Virus record (IMG/VR): IMGVR_UViG_3300010413_000045
Span: 1 to 53,562 of that record
Length of the DNA: 53,562 nt
Direction: 5' to 3' (one strand)
Source: a virus
Taxonomy: Duplodnaviria > Caudoviricetes
Shown here: positions 37,201 to 46,355 of the stretch, piece after piece
Numbering within the stretch: position 1 is the first letter of the stretch
Layout: each line of letters begins with the position of its first letter
The notes under the pieces: generated by a model
Databases searched by the model: none
The model's input: only the letters and a program-made list of their open reading frames with translations
What the model was told of the DNA's origin: nothing
Position numbers and translations under genes: made by a program

Positions 37201-37703
37201 CTGTGGAAGCGGCATTTGCACCAAAGGGAATAAGTGCTATGGAACTATCAATGGTTGCCCCTATCGTCTCCAGAAAGGCAAATAGCCTTCTTAAAATCTA
37301 CGGCACGCGATTTTCTGTAGAGATCGTGACTCGGGATTTGGACTCAAAGAATAATCTGGCAGAGCGCTTCCGGATCTTCGTGCACGATTCTAAAGCATCA
37401 GATGTGAAACTTCTCACTGATCTCTCCGGTGGTCAAGCTGTATGGGCGACTACGGCAATCAGGGAGGCAATAGCTGATTTATCTTCTGAGCGTTCCGGTC
37501 GGTCGTTTCTATGGTCTATGCTCGATGAAGCCGATGGTGCATTGGATCATGATACAGTTAGTGTATTCTACGATTTAATGAATAAATCTGCAGATGGAAA
37601 GAAGAAAGTAATATCGGTATCGCACAGCCCAGCAGCCAAAGAGGTTGTGGATAATAACATCAGTATAACGGATTTTTTCGTTGATTATGAAGGAGATAAA
37701 TAG
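34272..37703 (+). CDS. Fused SbcD(Mre11)-SbcC(Rad50) nuclease-ATPase
   Basis: SDIH, GDFF, SHD, GHIH; GPNGIGKS; CEHC hook; LSGGQ, LDEADGALD, SH. Confidence 0.92.
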   Translation: MNKLLELSDIHLDASWIDESEADMNRACEVALQEKIDAFTISGDFFNKAPMATEHSKWHRMLRIARKLQQTAQVFYVKGTPSHDAPGVYEALEDIGWKEINIGKSHEVGDLLIMGIQEITPAFIMAKYPELSKQDAIAKQYDLVNQIISDYYIPVSTGHDGPVHFMLHGHVSGAKFKSDQKPRTSEFMFSEQLLSTIGADRIQAGHIHFPQDFKEISGGYVGSSHLTWGDTGFIPGFNVVTYSQHEEPTDRPFDDDGFKMVWKTDVKRFDYGKPERQKIVVDDLDIFVDIRGKLREGVDTWIEVKCDRAFADQFDCNESLSQIMRDVKLGQLSKITCDVQHEEHTRIDTETYEKAKTVEELYKLYDPDVTDSILLKVLEAEEATSQDKASAVQHTFELMDVYLKGSKAGHENGVEEIRMDCDEVANGLTLLTGPNGIGKSFTLGFCTPFSVHLPTGIDLKKLFESKDSQIIRRFRMDGNKVITQKIVIDPTLASPTAKWYMDIDGAPCDNVTGNLAPFNDAVIDLFGSQEMFMTCAFRGQKDNPKIPSLEKASESDLRGIFMSLAGIDRGPMKDYAHGKVVDLNRESELNAREIETIGGMIIDESVIEADIYNTECNIDKSKTDKDNHSQSLESLRAKLSSMDRIKSENEIKQKQIDGLNQELKTIESRISELTSERSRLQASADSLESNQKKRNELIVIRNDYTETSQQYFNLQEKHNQAINDYRVKREAIEKQLNEIKENGAKLRETEKDLNMAYGSIGLTITHLKEAKERENQPCEHCGKLSSNSAQKMTEYQNQIIENQKKLEKTDKQIDEVKELINKALSEYRTTEATLPTEPPEPYGLSDLKAKYQNAPDLSKLSTLEAEIKAAETSASEIMKIDTEEREKVAQASNIKSKIEELTVSVVEFNENTYSSVKWSITEAENAIKEADRLITQSESEIKNLRSKLEENAGRKAKIAELEKVNGKITADISEWKAVEAAFAPKGISAMELSMVAPIVSRKANSLLKIYGTRFSVEIVTRDLDSKNNLAERFRIFVHDSKASDVKLLTDLSGGQAVWATTAIREAIADLSSERSGRSFLWSMLDEADGALDHDTVSVFYDLMNKSADGKKKVISVSHSPAAKEVVDNNISITDFFVDYEGDK

Positions 37704-37704
37704 A

Positions 37705-38148
37705 ATGGCAAACGAAGAAAAGATTTATATCGGAAGTGGGAAATCTTTCCGGTTTGATAATGGCGGTGGTATCGTAAGAATTACGGTAGATGTTGACAGT
37801 ATTCTCAAATACTTTGATCAATACGGATTTACAACAGATCAGGGTAAGCGGAAGATTAAACTGAATGTAACGGAAAGAAGGGAAGCGGACAGTTACGGGA
37901 ACACTCATGCTGTTACAGTCGACACATGGAAGCCTGATGGAAATAGACAGTCTTCAGGCGGTTCCAATTTCGGCGGTCAATCATCCGGTGGATTCGGAAG
38001 TCAGCAATCCGGTCAGTCTTTCGGGCAAAGTCAACCGGCTCAAAATAAATCTTTCGGCGGCAATAGCGTTCCGAAGTTTGAAGGGTTTGGGAGTCAGAGC
38101 GGAAATGATAAGGGGCCAGAACCATTTGAAGACGAAATCCCCTTTTGA
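37705..38148 (+). CDS. Single-stranded DNA-binding protein-like
   Basis: G/S/Q-rich linker ending EDEIPF. Confidence 0.75.
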   Translation: MANEEKIYIGSGKSFRFDNGGGIVRITVDVDSILKYFDQYGFTTDQGKRKIKLNVTERREADSYGNTHAVTVDTWKPDGNRQSSGGSNFGGQSSGGFGSQQSGQSFGQSQPAQNKSFGGNSVPKFEGFGSQSGNDKGPEPFEDEIPF

Positions 38149-38151
38149 TAT

Positions 38152-38215
38152 AAAAAAACCCGTCTACATTGTAGGCGGGCCAAGCGTGGTATTTTCCTTA
38201 TGACGAGAAAATGTT
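38152..38215 (-). ncRNA. Candidate small antisense-strand RNA
   Basis: Minus promoter TTGCTT-N17-TATCCT (38222-38250) and terminator CCCGCCTACAATGTAGACGGG-T7, no sizeable ORF between. Confidence 0.5.
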
Positions 38216-38263
38216 GATATAAGGATAATACGGATTTAAAATAAAAGCAAGAGAGGTATTTTT

Positions 38264-38602
38264 ATGAGTGATATTATTGAGAAATTGGGGATTACGCCGG
38301 GGCCGTGGGAGAAATCAGAAAAGGTTTGCGACGTTGTTATTTCTAAAAATGTGAAAGAGCTTGACGATGAAGCAAAAAGACGCGGACATGCAGATATAGA
38401 TTATTATGGAGGATTTTGTGTTGCTGAAAGCATATTTGAAAAAAACAGAGGAGTTATCGCCGCCGCTCCCGAAATGCTTGAGACATTGATAAAGCTATGT
38501 GTTGATCCTCCATTAGACAGCTCTGTTATAGTAGAAATAATAGAACCAATCATAGAGAAATCTATAGGGATGTCTATTCATGAGATCAAGGAGCTATTAT
38601 GA
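38264..38602 (+). CDS. Conserved phage hypothetical protein
   Basis: TPGPW...IAAAPEMLE pattern. Confidence 0.75.
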   Translation: MSDIIEKLGITPGPWEKSEKVCDVVISKNVKELDDEAKRRGHADIDYYGGFCVAESIFEKNRGVIAAAPEMLETLIKLCVDPPLDSSVIVEIIEPIIEKSIGMSIHEIKELL

Positions 38603-39525
38603 AAAAACTATCAATCCTAATTATTTTAATCACTATCACCCTATCAAGCTGTGATCAGATCGCCGCTTTTTTCGCCACCCTTACTGCCAATCGTACCGAG
38701 GGGAGCGTTGAGGACGAGTTTACATTCACTGTAGACACCAATGATACTATAATCGGATGGTATGTAGACGATCAGTCTATTCCTTACTCATCTCGTTCGG
38801 CAGTATCCGAATCATTTACCTTTGAACCGGGGAATCATACAATTACGGTCGAAACGGAAAATGTCGATCCGGTCAGCATAGAGGTTTATGTTTATGAACC
38901 GCAGATTATATTCAATGTAACGCTTGAAGAGTGGGGAGGTTTTGTCTCGGTTTCATACGATCATCCCATATTGAAATATGAAATGGTTCAAGGCAATCTA
39001 TACGAAATATCTGATTCTATGGCAAACGGCCTTGTAACGGTAGATGATAACGGAAGCATTATATCTGTTGATGTAAAGATAAAAGCATGGTCATGGGCTG
39101 TCAATGGGATGGCCGGTATCAAAGCTACAGGATTGTCAGAATCAGAGTTTATAGATTATCTGGACACTTTATACTCTATCGAAGAGCCGATTGAATCATG
39201 GAGCTCTACGGTGTTCTATTTGCGGGGTATAACATCAACCAGTCCTGATAGCTTTTATATTTATGATAATTATCTGGTAATTTCTGGAATATTAACAAGT
39301 TTTGAAAACGTACCTTATACTGTTGCGGCCGATGTGCGAACTCTAAACATCGAAATCAAGGTTGATACCAGTGATGCTACAATTTTTACAGGAAACAATC
39401 TGATCAATATTTTCGGTATGGATTATAGAAATCTGACACTGGAAGAATTGAAAGATGTTGCGGAGATATTGAGGCGATTTCCTGAAGAGGGGATATGGGA
39501 TCTGGCGATGGAGTTTAATTCATGA
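38599..39525 (+). CDS. Lipoprotein with Ig/PKD-like N-domain
   Basis: MKKLSILIILITITLSSC lipobox; WYVDD...FEPGNHTITV. Confidence 0.75.
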   Translation: MKKLSILIILITITLSSCDQIAAFFATLTANRTEGSVEDEFTFTVDTNDTIIGWYVDDQSIPYSSRSAVSESFTFEPGNHTITVETENVDPVSIEVYVYEPQIIFNVTLEEWGGFVSVSYDHPILKYEMVQGNLYEISDSMANGLVTVDDNGSIISVDVKIKAWSWAVNGMAGIKATGLSESEFIDYLDTLYSIEEPIESWSSTVFYLRGITSTSPDSFYIYDNYLVISGILTSFENVPYTVAADVRTLNIEIKVDTSDATIFTGNNLINIFGMDYRNLTLEELKDVAEILRRFPEEGIWDLAMEFNS

Positions 39526-39704
39526 TAAGTAAAAAGAAATATATCAGAAAAGCTGCAAAAATATTCAGAAGAAAATACAAGCTGAATAAAAGGTTTGCAA
39601 GAGAAACTGCAGAAATATTGTACGACAATAATTTTGATGATGACAATATAGACGATGACGTTGAATATGCTGTTGATCAAGAAATGAGTGTTTGGGGAGA
39701 TTAA
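39522..39704 (+). CDS. Hypothetical protein
   Basis: ATGA coupling; basic N-half, acidic C-half. Confidence 0.6.
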   Translation: MISKKKYIRKAAKIFRRKYKLNKRFARETAEILYDNNFDDDNIDDDVEYAVDQEMSVWGD

Positions 39705-39713
39705 TGCAACCAC

Positions 39714-39738
39714 AGACCGGATTTCTCCGGTCTTTTTT
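39714..39738 (+). terminator. Terminator at convergence of early and tail operons
   Basis: AGACCGGA-TTTC-TCCGGTCT-TTTTT. Confidence 0.8.
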
Positions 39739-40156
39739 ACGCTTTACCCTTATCAATCCATTCTTTTACGGTATGTCCCGCATCAAGAAAAGCCTTTCTG
39801 CGCTCAAGCCTGATTTTTCTAGTCTCTTCTTCTGGAAGTGCCAAGAAATCTACCAAACCCATAAACTCATCAAGTTCTAACTGTCCATTATTATTAAGGT
39901 CGTGGATTCTCATAAGGTTTCTGTGAGAAAGATCATCGAATTGATTAGTGTCGGCATGGAAGAATACGAAAATATCAATACCGTCTGTACAAATCGGCCC
40001 ATTATCAGGATTAGGATTTTCTTCTGTAGGCTCAATTTTCTGAGGAAGTGATGAGAGATCGAATAAATCATAATCTATCCCGTTAAAAGCCAGAATATTT
40101 CCCGATCTGGTTATTTTGTCGGCTGTTGCCGATAGTTGGTGTGTTAGTTTTATCAT
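39737..40156 (-). CDS. Tail fibre assembly-like protein
   Basis: MIKLTHQ...GNILAFNGIDYDL; follows fibre gene. Confidence 0.6.
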   Translation of the reverse strand: MIKLTHQLSATADKITRSGNILAFNGIDYDLFDLSSLPQKIEPTEENPNPDNGPICTDGIDIFVFFHADTNQFDDLSHRNLMRIHDLNNNGQLELDEFMGLVDFLALPEEETRKIRLERRKAFLDAGHTVKEWIDKGKA

Positions 40157-40158
40157 AA

Positions 40159-41295
40159 TTAATATCTCCCTCTTGAAACATAAAACGCCTTAATAAACGA
40201 TGATACTGTTGCTCCAAAAACTCTTATCGTAACGCCTGTCGCCGTATTGCTGTAGTAGTGAGTTGCTATAGAATCTTGTTGTCCGCTAAATATTCGCGGT
40301 GTAGCCGCAAAAGGAACTGGATATAAGCGTGAGCTGTCGCCATAATAGACGGTTCCGGAGGAAGTCCCAAAAAAATTATTTACAGCAGAAGTAACTGGTT
40401 GATCAACGAAGGCTTCTTGCTCCATGTTACCAATCGATAATTGTTGGATTCTATAATCCCCACTAACATAATCCGCAGTAAGCGCATAAACAGGAATCCA
40501 CTGACCCAGCTTCTCACTACCTTCTAAATCCAACCGGCTAACCTGATCATCTTTAAACACAGGAGTCCCGAGCGACGAACCGCCGACATAGATACCATCC
40601 TGAATATTATTGACAACAGCCCCTACTCCAGTGACATATAATATCCCGACAGCATCATCAGGAGTTACGAACTGAACTTTCTGGCCATCAAAGATATGGG
40701 TATTGAGAGCTACAGTAAACCCTCCCGCCGAAGTGTCGCAATGTATTCTATGATTCATTCCTGCCTTCGGGGTGAATGTCGTACCGGCTGAAAGATATTC
40801 GTTAAAATAACCAGATCCGTTGATTAGCAATACCCATTCATCATTGGCATTATCCCACTGGACACGACACCGACCATCAACGTCACCCGGCTGACAAACT
40901 GATCCATCGGGACGTACAAGGTTTTTAGCTCCAAGCTCTGATCCGGAAGGCCCGAAGTTGACCGTTACCGATGTTGTCGTGTTCGGAGCTGATTTCTCAA
41001 ACTCCAAAACAGCCCCATCAAGACCTAGGTAGGTAGAACTTACAGCTAGCCCAGAAGATCCAGTAAGCGGGGATAGTATCACGCTGTTCGCGGTTCCCGA
41101 ATCAACTACTGTCTGAGCCGCAACCCCGTTGATAAACATCGCCTGAGCCAGCTGATTCGTTATCAACTCGTTGAGCGACAACCCCGCCCGAGTAACTGAC
41201 AACTGCAGTTCATTTTTGTGGTTGTTATATTCTGCTGCCGTGAGTTCTCCGGTAGCCCCTGCGGTGTTATCCGCTTTATCTGTTATATTAAGCAT
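40159..41295 (-). CDS. Tail fibre protein 1
   Basis: After gp48-like gene; LTAAEYNN...ELQ N-terminus; YPVPFAATP C-domain. Confidence 0.8.
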   Translation of the reverse strand: MLNITDKADNTAGATGELTAAEYNNHKNELQLSVTRAGLSLNELITNQLAQAMFINGVAAQTVVDSGTANSVILSPLTGSSGLAVSSTYLGLDGAVLEFEKSAPNTTTSVTVNFGPSGSELGAKNLVRPDGSVCQPGDVDGRCRVQWDNANDEWVLLINGSGYFNEYLSAGTTFTPKAGMNHRIHCDTSAGGFTVALNTHIFDGQKVQFVTPDDAVGILYVTGVGAVVNNIQDGIYVGGSSLGTPVFKDDQVSRLDLEGSEKLGQWIPVYALTADYVSGDYRIQQLSIGNMEQEAFVDQPVTSAVNNFFGTSSGTVYYGDSSRLYPVPFAATPRIFSGQQDSIATHYYSNTATGVTIRVFGATVSSFIKAFYVSRGRY

Positions 41296-41318
41296 ATATT
41301 CCTATGCCTCCATGCTTT

Positions 41319-42002
41319 TTATACGAAAATAGCCTCGTAATCCCAACGACAAAACGATGGAATAACTCTATCTAATACCTGATCTAACAACTCTATTGTA
41401 GCCTGTGGAATCACCGGTGTAAAGAACGACACAGGAAAAGACAACGGAAAGAAGTTGTTTGATGTATTACCAGCTACTGGAACCTCTATAACAAACAAAA
41501 AGTTTCCTATTGGCGCACCGATACCAAACTGTACAGGGAAACTCCATGGAAATTGACTTCCCGCCCCATCTATCTTCGCCGTTCTTATATTAACTTCGAT
41601 TCCTGTAAGACATTTTACATAATACTCAAAGGTCGTTTCTTCAGGAACAACACCGTTATCTATATTGTACACTGGGACTTTGCTTATTAGGCATTCGACT
41701 GCTTCACGCCGTCCTTCTATAGTTGATCGCCTAGGTATTTCCTCCGGTATTTTGACCGATTTTTCCCAGTCCTCAAGGTATACATCAGCTTTTTGAATAT
41801 CACGCTCTTGAGCGAATATAAAGACCTGACTGGAAATATATGTGATAAATCGCGCAAGAGCTTTTATGTAGTCATATATCTTTGACCCGCCTTTAAATCT
41901 TTTAGCCGTCAATTTACCCTTCGGCCAGTGCTCGGCGAGATAGTTCTGAGCCTCGTCTTCTCTAAAATATTGATAATCTCGGATTGATTTTTTATCAGCC
42001 AA
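41319..42002 (-). CDS. Baseplate wedge protein (Mu gp48-like)
   Basis: WPKG, LEDWEKSVKIP, TIEGRREAV. Confidence 0.8.
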   Translation of the reverse strand: MADKKSIRDYQYFREDEAQNYLAEHWPKGKLTAKRFKGGSKIYDYIKALARFITYISSQVFIFAQERDIQKADVYLEDWEKSVKIPEEIPRRSTIEGRREAVECLISKVPVYNIDNGVVPEETTFEYYVKCLTGIEVNIRTAKIDGAGSQFPWSFPVQFGIGAPIGNFLFVIEVPVAGNTSNNFFPLSFPVSFFTPVIPQATIELLDQVLDRVIPSFCRWDYEAIFV

Positions 42003-43323
42003 ATGTCACATCTCCTAGTACAGGAAACTCTCCGGAAGATGTCGATATATCTCCCACAGGAGCCGAGTATGTAAAGTCTGTCAAAAAAGCACCAGAAGAA
42101 TCTTGGATGGTTTTAAGAAAAGAGTTCACATCTTCAAGTTTAAGAGTGCTGTTTTGATCTCCATTATCAATAAAGAATGCGGGTAATTGCGCTTTTATGG
42201 CATTTCGCATTGTCACTGTGTTGGGTGTTATTGATGTGAAAAAGAAATCCACTTCTAAAAGATTGGCTGCGATTACGTAGAGTAAATCATCATCTATAAA
42301 CGACGGCCAATGACCATCGGCTATAATCTGATCTTTTGTCTCTTTCAGTCTGGCTGCAGACGGCTGTATGCTTGAATCATTGTCCCTGAATACATATACA
42401 ACTGTCTCGCCTAACTCCGGCTTGTATCCGGCCTGTCCTGCTGTTCCTCCCGATTCACCATTAGGGCGAACGACAAATACTCGGGTATTCCCTGCAATAG
42501 ATTTAGCACTCTGTTTAATACTCTGGGGCGTAGCGATTCCAGGTGTCGTATTGTGCGCTTCTCCTATCCTTTCCCTATACGCTTCCTGATTCTCTTCTCC
42601 CGACCCTCCAAGGATACCTGACACACCGGCCAGAACTGTATTATCAATATCTGTAAGAGATATAGTCAGTGTTCCACCAGAATCAATATTAACGGATTCT
42701 CCTGTTCCGACCGATTCGATTTCTAAAAGTGCGTATTCGGATGAGTAGACTCCTGAGTCTGTCGTCAACGACGCTATGAGGTTGTAGGTGAACGTATTTT
42801 CATCCAGTGCGATAATCTCAAATGTCCCGTTGTAGTCCGCCTGAACAGCTCCTGAGATCGTTACCTGTAATCCTGTTGAAAGCGTATGAGGTATAGTGGT
42901 TACGGCGGTCACAATTCCAAGTTCATAAGACAGACTTATATCTCCTGAAAACTCCTGAACGATAGAATCCTGAGTAACGATATAAGAGTTTCCATTGGCT
43001 ATAAGCGGTGTATCCTGCGGTATTGGTGTTCCGAGCACACCGGTTGCGGCGGCCTGACCTGATGAAATCTGAGGATCGAACCGAAAAACCTTATCGTATT
43101 CCCCTATTTTTTCCAGAAACTCGCCGTCTGCGTCCTGCCAGAATGACTGCCTGAGTGCATCGTCGATCCCATCATCGAGCGATACAGTAGCAGCTGCAGC
43201 CGAGACAACCGAACCACGGGCTAAACTGGCCTTGATAGTCGGGTCTATGGTTGGGACTTCGCTACGGAAAAATCCATTTAGTAATTTAATTATATCCTGG
43301 AACGATTTACGAGTTCGTGCCAT
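41995..43323 (-). CDS. Baseplate J-like (Mu gp47) with inserted beta-domain
   Basis: QSFWQDADGEFL, GGSGEENQEAYRERI. Confidence 0.88.
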   Translation of the reverse strand: MARTRKSFQDIIKLLNGFFRSEVPTIDPTIKASLARGSVVSAAAATVSLDDGIDDALRQSFWQDADGEFLEKIGEYDKVFRFDPQISSGQAAATGVLGTPIPQDTPLIANGNSYIVTQDSIVQEFSGDISLSYELGIVTAVTTIPHTLSTGLQVTISGAVQADYNGTFEIIALDENTFTYNLIASLTTDSGVYSSEYALLEIESVGTGESVNIDSGGTLTISLTDIDNTVLAGVSGILGGSGEENQEAYRERIGEAHNTTPGIATPQSIKQSAKSIAGNTRVFVVRPNGESGGTAGQAGYKPELGETVVYVFRDNDSSIQPSAARLKETKDQIIADGHWPSFIDDDLLYVIAANLLEVDFFFTSITPNTVTMRNAIKAQLPAFFIDNGDQNSTLKLEDVNSFLKTIQDSSGAFLTDFTYSAPVGDISTSSGEFPVLGDVTFG

Positions 43324-43358
43324 TTATACCGCCTTTAGTTCTTCGTTTTCATATCTAG

Positions 43359-43895
43359 TTACAAATCCAAAATATTTGCATATATTATTGGCTCGATTAT
43401 ATCATATCCCTCTTGTATCAAATGGGTTCCGTCGTATGTATACGGATTATTCCCTCCGGGGCCAATCGCTAGAGAGTCGTAGCAGTTGATGAAGTTGCCT
43501 AATTGTAAAAGTAGAGCGTTTGTTTCCTGTATTAACGAATTTAGAGGAGTTGGCTTCTGTACATTGTCTAATGGCAAAATAGAAATAATGTATGTATTTC
43601 GATATTTCACAGCATCCAAAAATAATAGAGCATCATCGCGCACCTCTTCTGCTGTGTCTCCACTGTTTAAATTATTAATCCCTAGCAGAATAAATATGTT
43701 TTTATAGGCGTCTAAATTAGGCAAATTCCCGGCTACTTGGGAAAATGTAGCACCAGGTATCCCGTATGAATCAATTTGCCATGTGCCGGTGAATCGATCC
43801 TGATAATTAATTTTATATTGATATGTAATTGAGTCGCCTATGATTATGCTTTCAGCAGCGTATGCTGGGCGTGAAAATGATTTTTGTAAAAACAT
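43359..43895 (-). CDS. SGNH/GDSL esterase
   Basis: IGDSIT, GIPG, LLGINN, DGTHL blocks. Confidence 0.9.
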   Translation of the reverse strand: MFLQKSFSRPAYAAESIIIGDSITYQYKINYQDRFTGTWQIDSYGIPGATFSQVAGNLPNLDAYKNIFILLGINNLNSGDTAEEVRDDALLFLDAVKYRNTYIISILPLDNVQKPTPLNSLIQETNALLLQLGNFINCYDSLAIGPGGNNPYTYDGTHLIQEGYDIIEPIIYANILDL

Positions 43896-45262
43896 TACCA
43901 TTTCCCCACAAAATAAACTGTTGCGTTTGCAGTTTGTCCCGTCAGAGATGTATATAATATTACATTGTATCCGGCTGCTGCACTCACTCCGAGCCTGGCC
44001 GATATTGCAGACACCAAAACCCCTGTCAAATAATCCGGTGCCGATGTAAACGGAACAGAAAACGAATTTATAGCAGTATATGTATAAGTTGTTCCAGAAC
44101 TGGAGCCAAAAATATTAGATGCGGAAGCAGATGAAACACCTGAAAGTGAGCAAATTATTTCCATGTCGCCATTCGAGCTCTGTATTATTCTCTGTTCTAC
44201 ATCTTGGTAATCGGCTGTTACAGCATCGGATACAAGCCATATATTATTATCTTCACTCCATTCAAGTTCAATAATTTTTCCATCAGATATCGGCACCCCG
44301 GTGGAAGATCCACCATCCCATATCCCAGATTTCCTTCCACCTGTTAATGATCCGCTGCCTCGTAAATAAGCAAGATTGGCCCCAGAACAGAAAAGTTTTT
44401 CTTTCTGCCCCTCTTTTGCCCCATCTGATAGCGTGACTGTGACATCTGCTGATGCGGTGTTTATTTTTATGATATGATCATCAACTCCAACATCGAATGA
44501 CCCTGTTGCCGATATAGTTGATTCGACAGGATAAACATACCTCGCGTTTAGGTATGTCGCGGATGTTATCCCATCGGGAAGTGTTGGGGTGTTGTCTAGG
44601 TAGGGTGTAACGAGAGACAATCCAGCACTACTACCAGAAGCCACCGCGGCTAGATTTCTAATACCTGATAATAATTTACCTGAATTGGGATCCATATAAA
44701 GCTGAACTTTAATTCCTGCATTGATAACGTTTGAATATGCAAGACGAATAGAACCTAATGGGACTCCTACAGAGTTTTCTATCGATAATAATTCACAAGA
44801 TGGATTATCAATGCTTGTATCAGCGCAAAACCCAATATGAGCTTTCAGTCTACCCACTCTTGCTGAGCCTCTAAATACAAAAGATAAATCAGAATCTATA
44901 ACTTCATAACTTACAGCTGTACTTTCTGCTACAGTATACCACCCGATATCTGTCCCTAATGTAGATGCCTTCTCCTGTATCGTAATGCGCCCGGAAGTGA
45001 GGGATAATGTTCTATCAATAGGGTCAATTATATCCTCAAGAGCGTCTATATCGCTTGCGTTTTGTGATATATCAGAAGTATTTGTACCTATCTGTACAAT
45101 TTCAGAGAATCCAAGAATCCACGACTTTACAACGCTTGCTAACACGCCTTTTAATCGCCTTGTTCCGGTTTCGTATGTTGGTTTAAGGGCTGCAAACTCA
45201 GTAGAATCTGTTATTTCTGGAGTCGGTTCTAAATTATCCCATTGTACTTCGCCTTTAGCCAT
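43895..45262 (-). CDS. Tail fibre/spike protein 2
   Basis: Short coiled coil, beta domains; C-terminus paralogous to fibre 1. Confidence 0.75.
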   Translation of the reverse strand: MAKGEVQWDNLEPTPEITDSTEFAALKPTYETGTRRLKGVLASVVKSWILGFSEIVQIGTNTSDISQNASDIDALEDIIDPIDRTLSLTSGRITIQEKASTLGTDIGWYTVAESTAVSYEVIDSDLSFVFRGSARVGRLKAHIGFCADTSIDNPSCELLSIENSVGVPLGSIRLAYSNVINAGIKVQLYMDPNSGKLLSGIRNLAAVASGSSAGLSLVTPYLDNTPTLPDGITSATYLNARYVYPVESTISATGSFDVGVDDHIIKINTASADVTVTLSDGAKEGQKEKLFCSGANLAYLRGSGSLTGGRKSGIWDGGSSTGVPISDGKIIELEWSEDNNIWLVSDAVTADYQDVEQRIIQSSNGDMEIICSLSGVSSASASNIFGSSSGTTYTYTAINSFSVPFTSAPDYLTGVLVSAISARLGVSAAAGYNVILYTSLTGQTANATVYFVGKW

Positions 45263-45825
45263 TATAGCGGTACCTGCCTTTTGGTAAATGTCGTTATTAC
45301 TTCGCCCTGATCGGTAAGCAATATCTCGCCCTGATCGGTAGTTAAAGCGTCTACTGATGTAACAGTTTTAAACTGCTGAACTTTAATCGGACATGGAGTT
45401 GCTTTCCATAATCTACTATATCGGTTTACATCGTTATCGTCCACTATGATCTGACCTTCGATATTACTGCCAAGAATACGGGACGATATTTCTTTAGCGG
45501 CTCCAATGGAGACAAAATACTGTAGAGCCGTCTTGGCAAACTCAGCCGATTCGTTATTATCTTCCCTTCTATCTCTGGCCTGTTGTTTAAGATGAAGTAA
45601 TGATCCTACCTGATATCCTTCTCCACGAGTTTCAAGATCACCTATCCACCCCTGTCGGTCAAGAGCGTTTGCCCTGTCCTCTTTGGTGACTCTCTGGTCG
45701 ATAAATAACTGAAAATCTACGGCGGTATCCAGTCCTTCGCAAACATAATATATCATATTCTCTTCGTCGATCACCAGATCAAAAGTGCCGTCGTTGCTTT
45801 GGAAAACCGCGAAATCCTGTGTCAT
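45262..45825 (-). CDS. Baseplate protein (Mu gp46-like) with TDQGE repeat tail
   Basis: LFIDQR, RQGWIGD, GSLLHL; LTTDQGEILLTDQGEV. Confidence 0.82.
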   Translation of the reverse strand: MTQDFAVFQSNDGTFDLVIDEENMIYYVCEGLDTAVDFQLFIDQRVTKEDRANALDRQGWIGDLETRGEGYQVGSLLHLKQQARDRREDNNESAEFAKTALQYFVSIGAAKEISSRILGSNIEGQIIVDDNDVNRYSRLWKATPCPIKVQQFKTVTSVDALTTDQGEILLTDQGEVITTFTKRQVPL

Positions 45826-46355
45826 AATTCTGGAACCTCTATATCATCTATCTTAGCATTATCAATTGAAGCTGTCGAGCTTGAGCCTGTAATAGTCGGA
45901 GGTGTAGGTGGTCCTGCTGCTGCTGTCGGATGCTGATGCAAATTATATGTGGCCGTTACAAAATTATTGTAGTCTGATTTAAGCTCATCAAACCCCGCTT
46001 TAAGCTCATTAAACCGGGCCATATAATCACCGCCCTCACTATTTGAGTCACGGAATACTATTTTATTACCAGATTTAAATAATACCCTTGATAATTCTTC
46101 TGGAATACCGAGAGCAATTTCCCCCGATTCCAACTCTTCAATCTTGTCAGCCTTAACGGTAAAAGGAATCCCATACAAAGCCGCCTCATTGCACTGATCA
46201 GCCAATACGCCAACCGCCGAATCAACAGATGCATTAGCAAACATGCCATAAGGCAAGATCACGACGACCGGAGTATTTGATTTACCCTGCAAATCCACAA
46301 GGTCAACTTTCTTTGTTTTCTTTCCTGATTTTTTACCTATTCGGAAAGGATTCAT
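45822..46355 (-). CDS. Baseplate spike (Mu gp45-like)
   Basis: PYGMFAN, LESGEIAL, YNLHQHP metal-binding tip. Confidence 0.82.
   Translation of the reverse strand: MNPFRIGKKSGKKTKKVDLVDLQGKSNTPVVVILPYGMFANASVDSAVGVLADQCNEAALYGIPFTVKADKIEELESGEIALGIPEELSRVLFKSGNKIVFRDSNSEGGDYMARFNELKAGFDELKSDYNNFVTATYNLHQHPTAAAGPPTPPTITGSSSTASIDNAKIDDIEVPEL

Noticed and set aside
40159-45262. Diversity-generating retroelement or invertible fibre cassette
   Set aside because: No reverse transcriptase or invertase; fibre similarity is diverged at protein level, not an adenine-specific TR/VR pair
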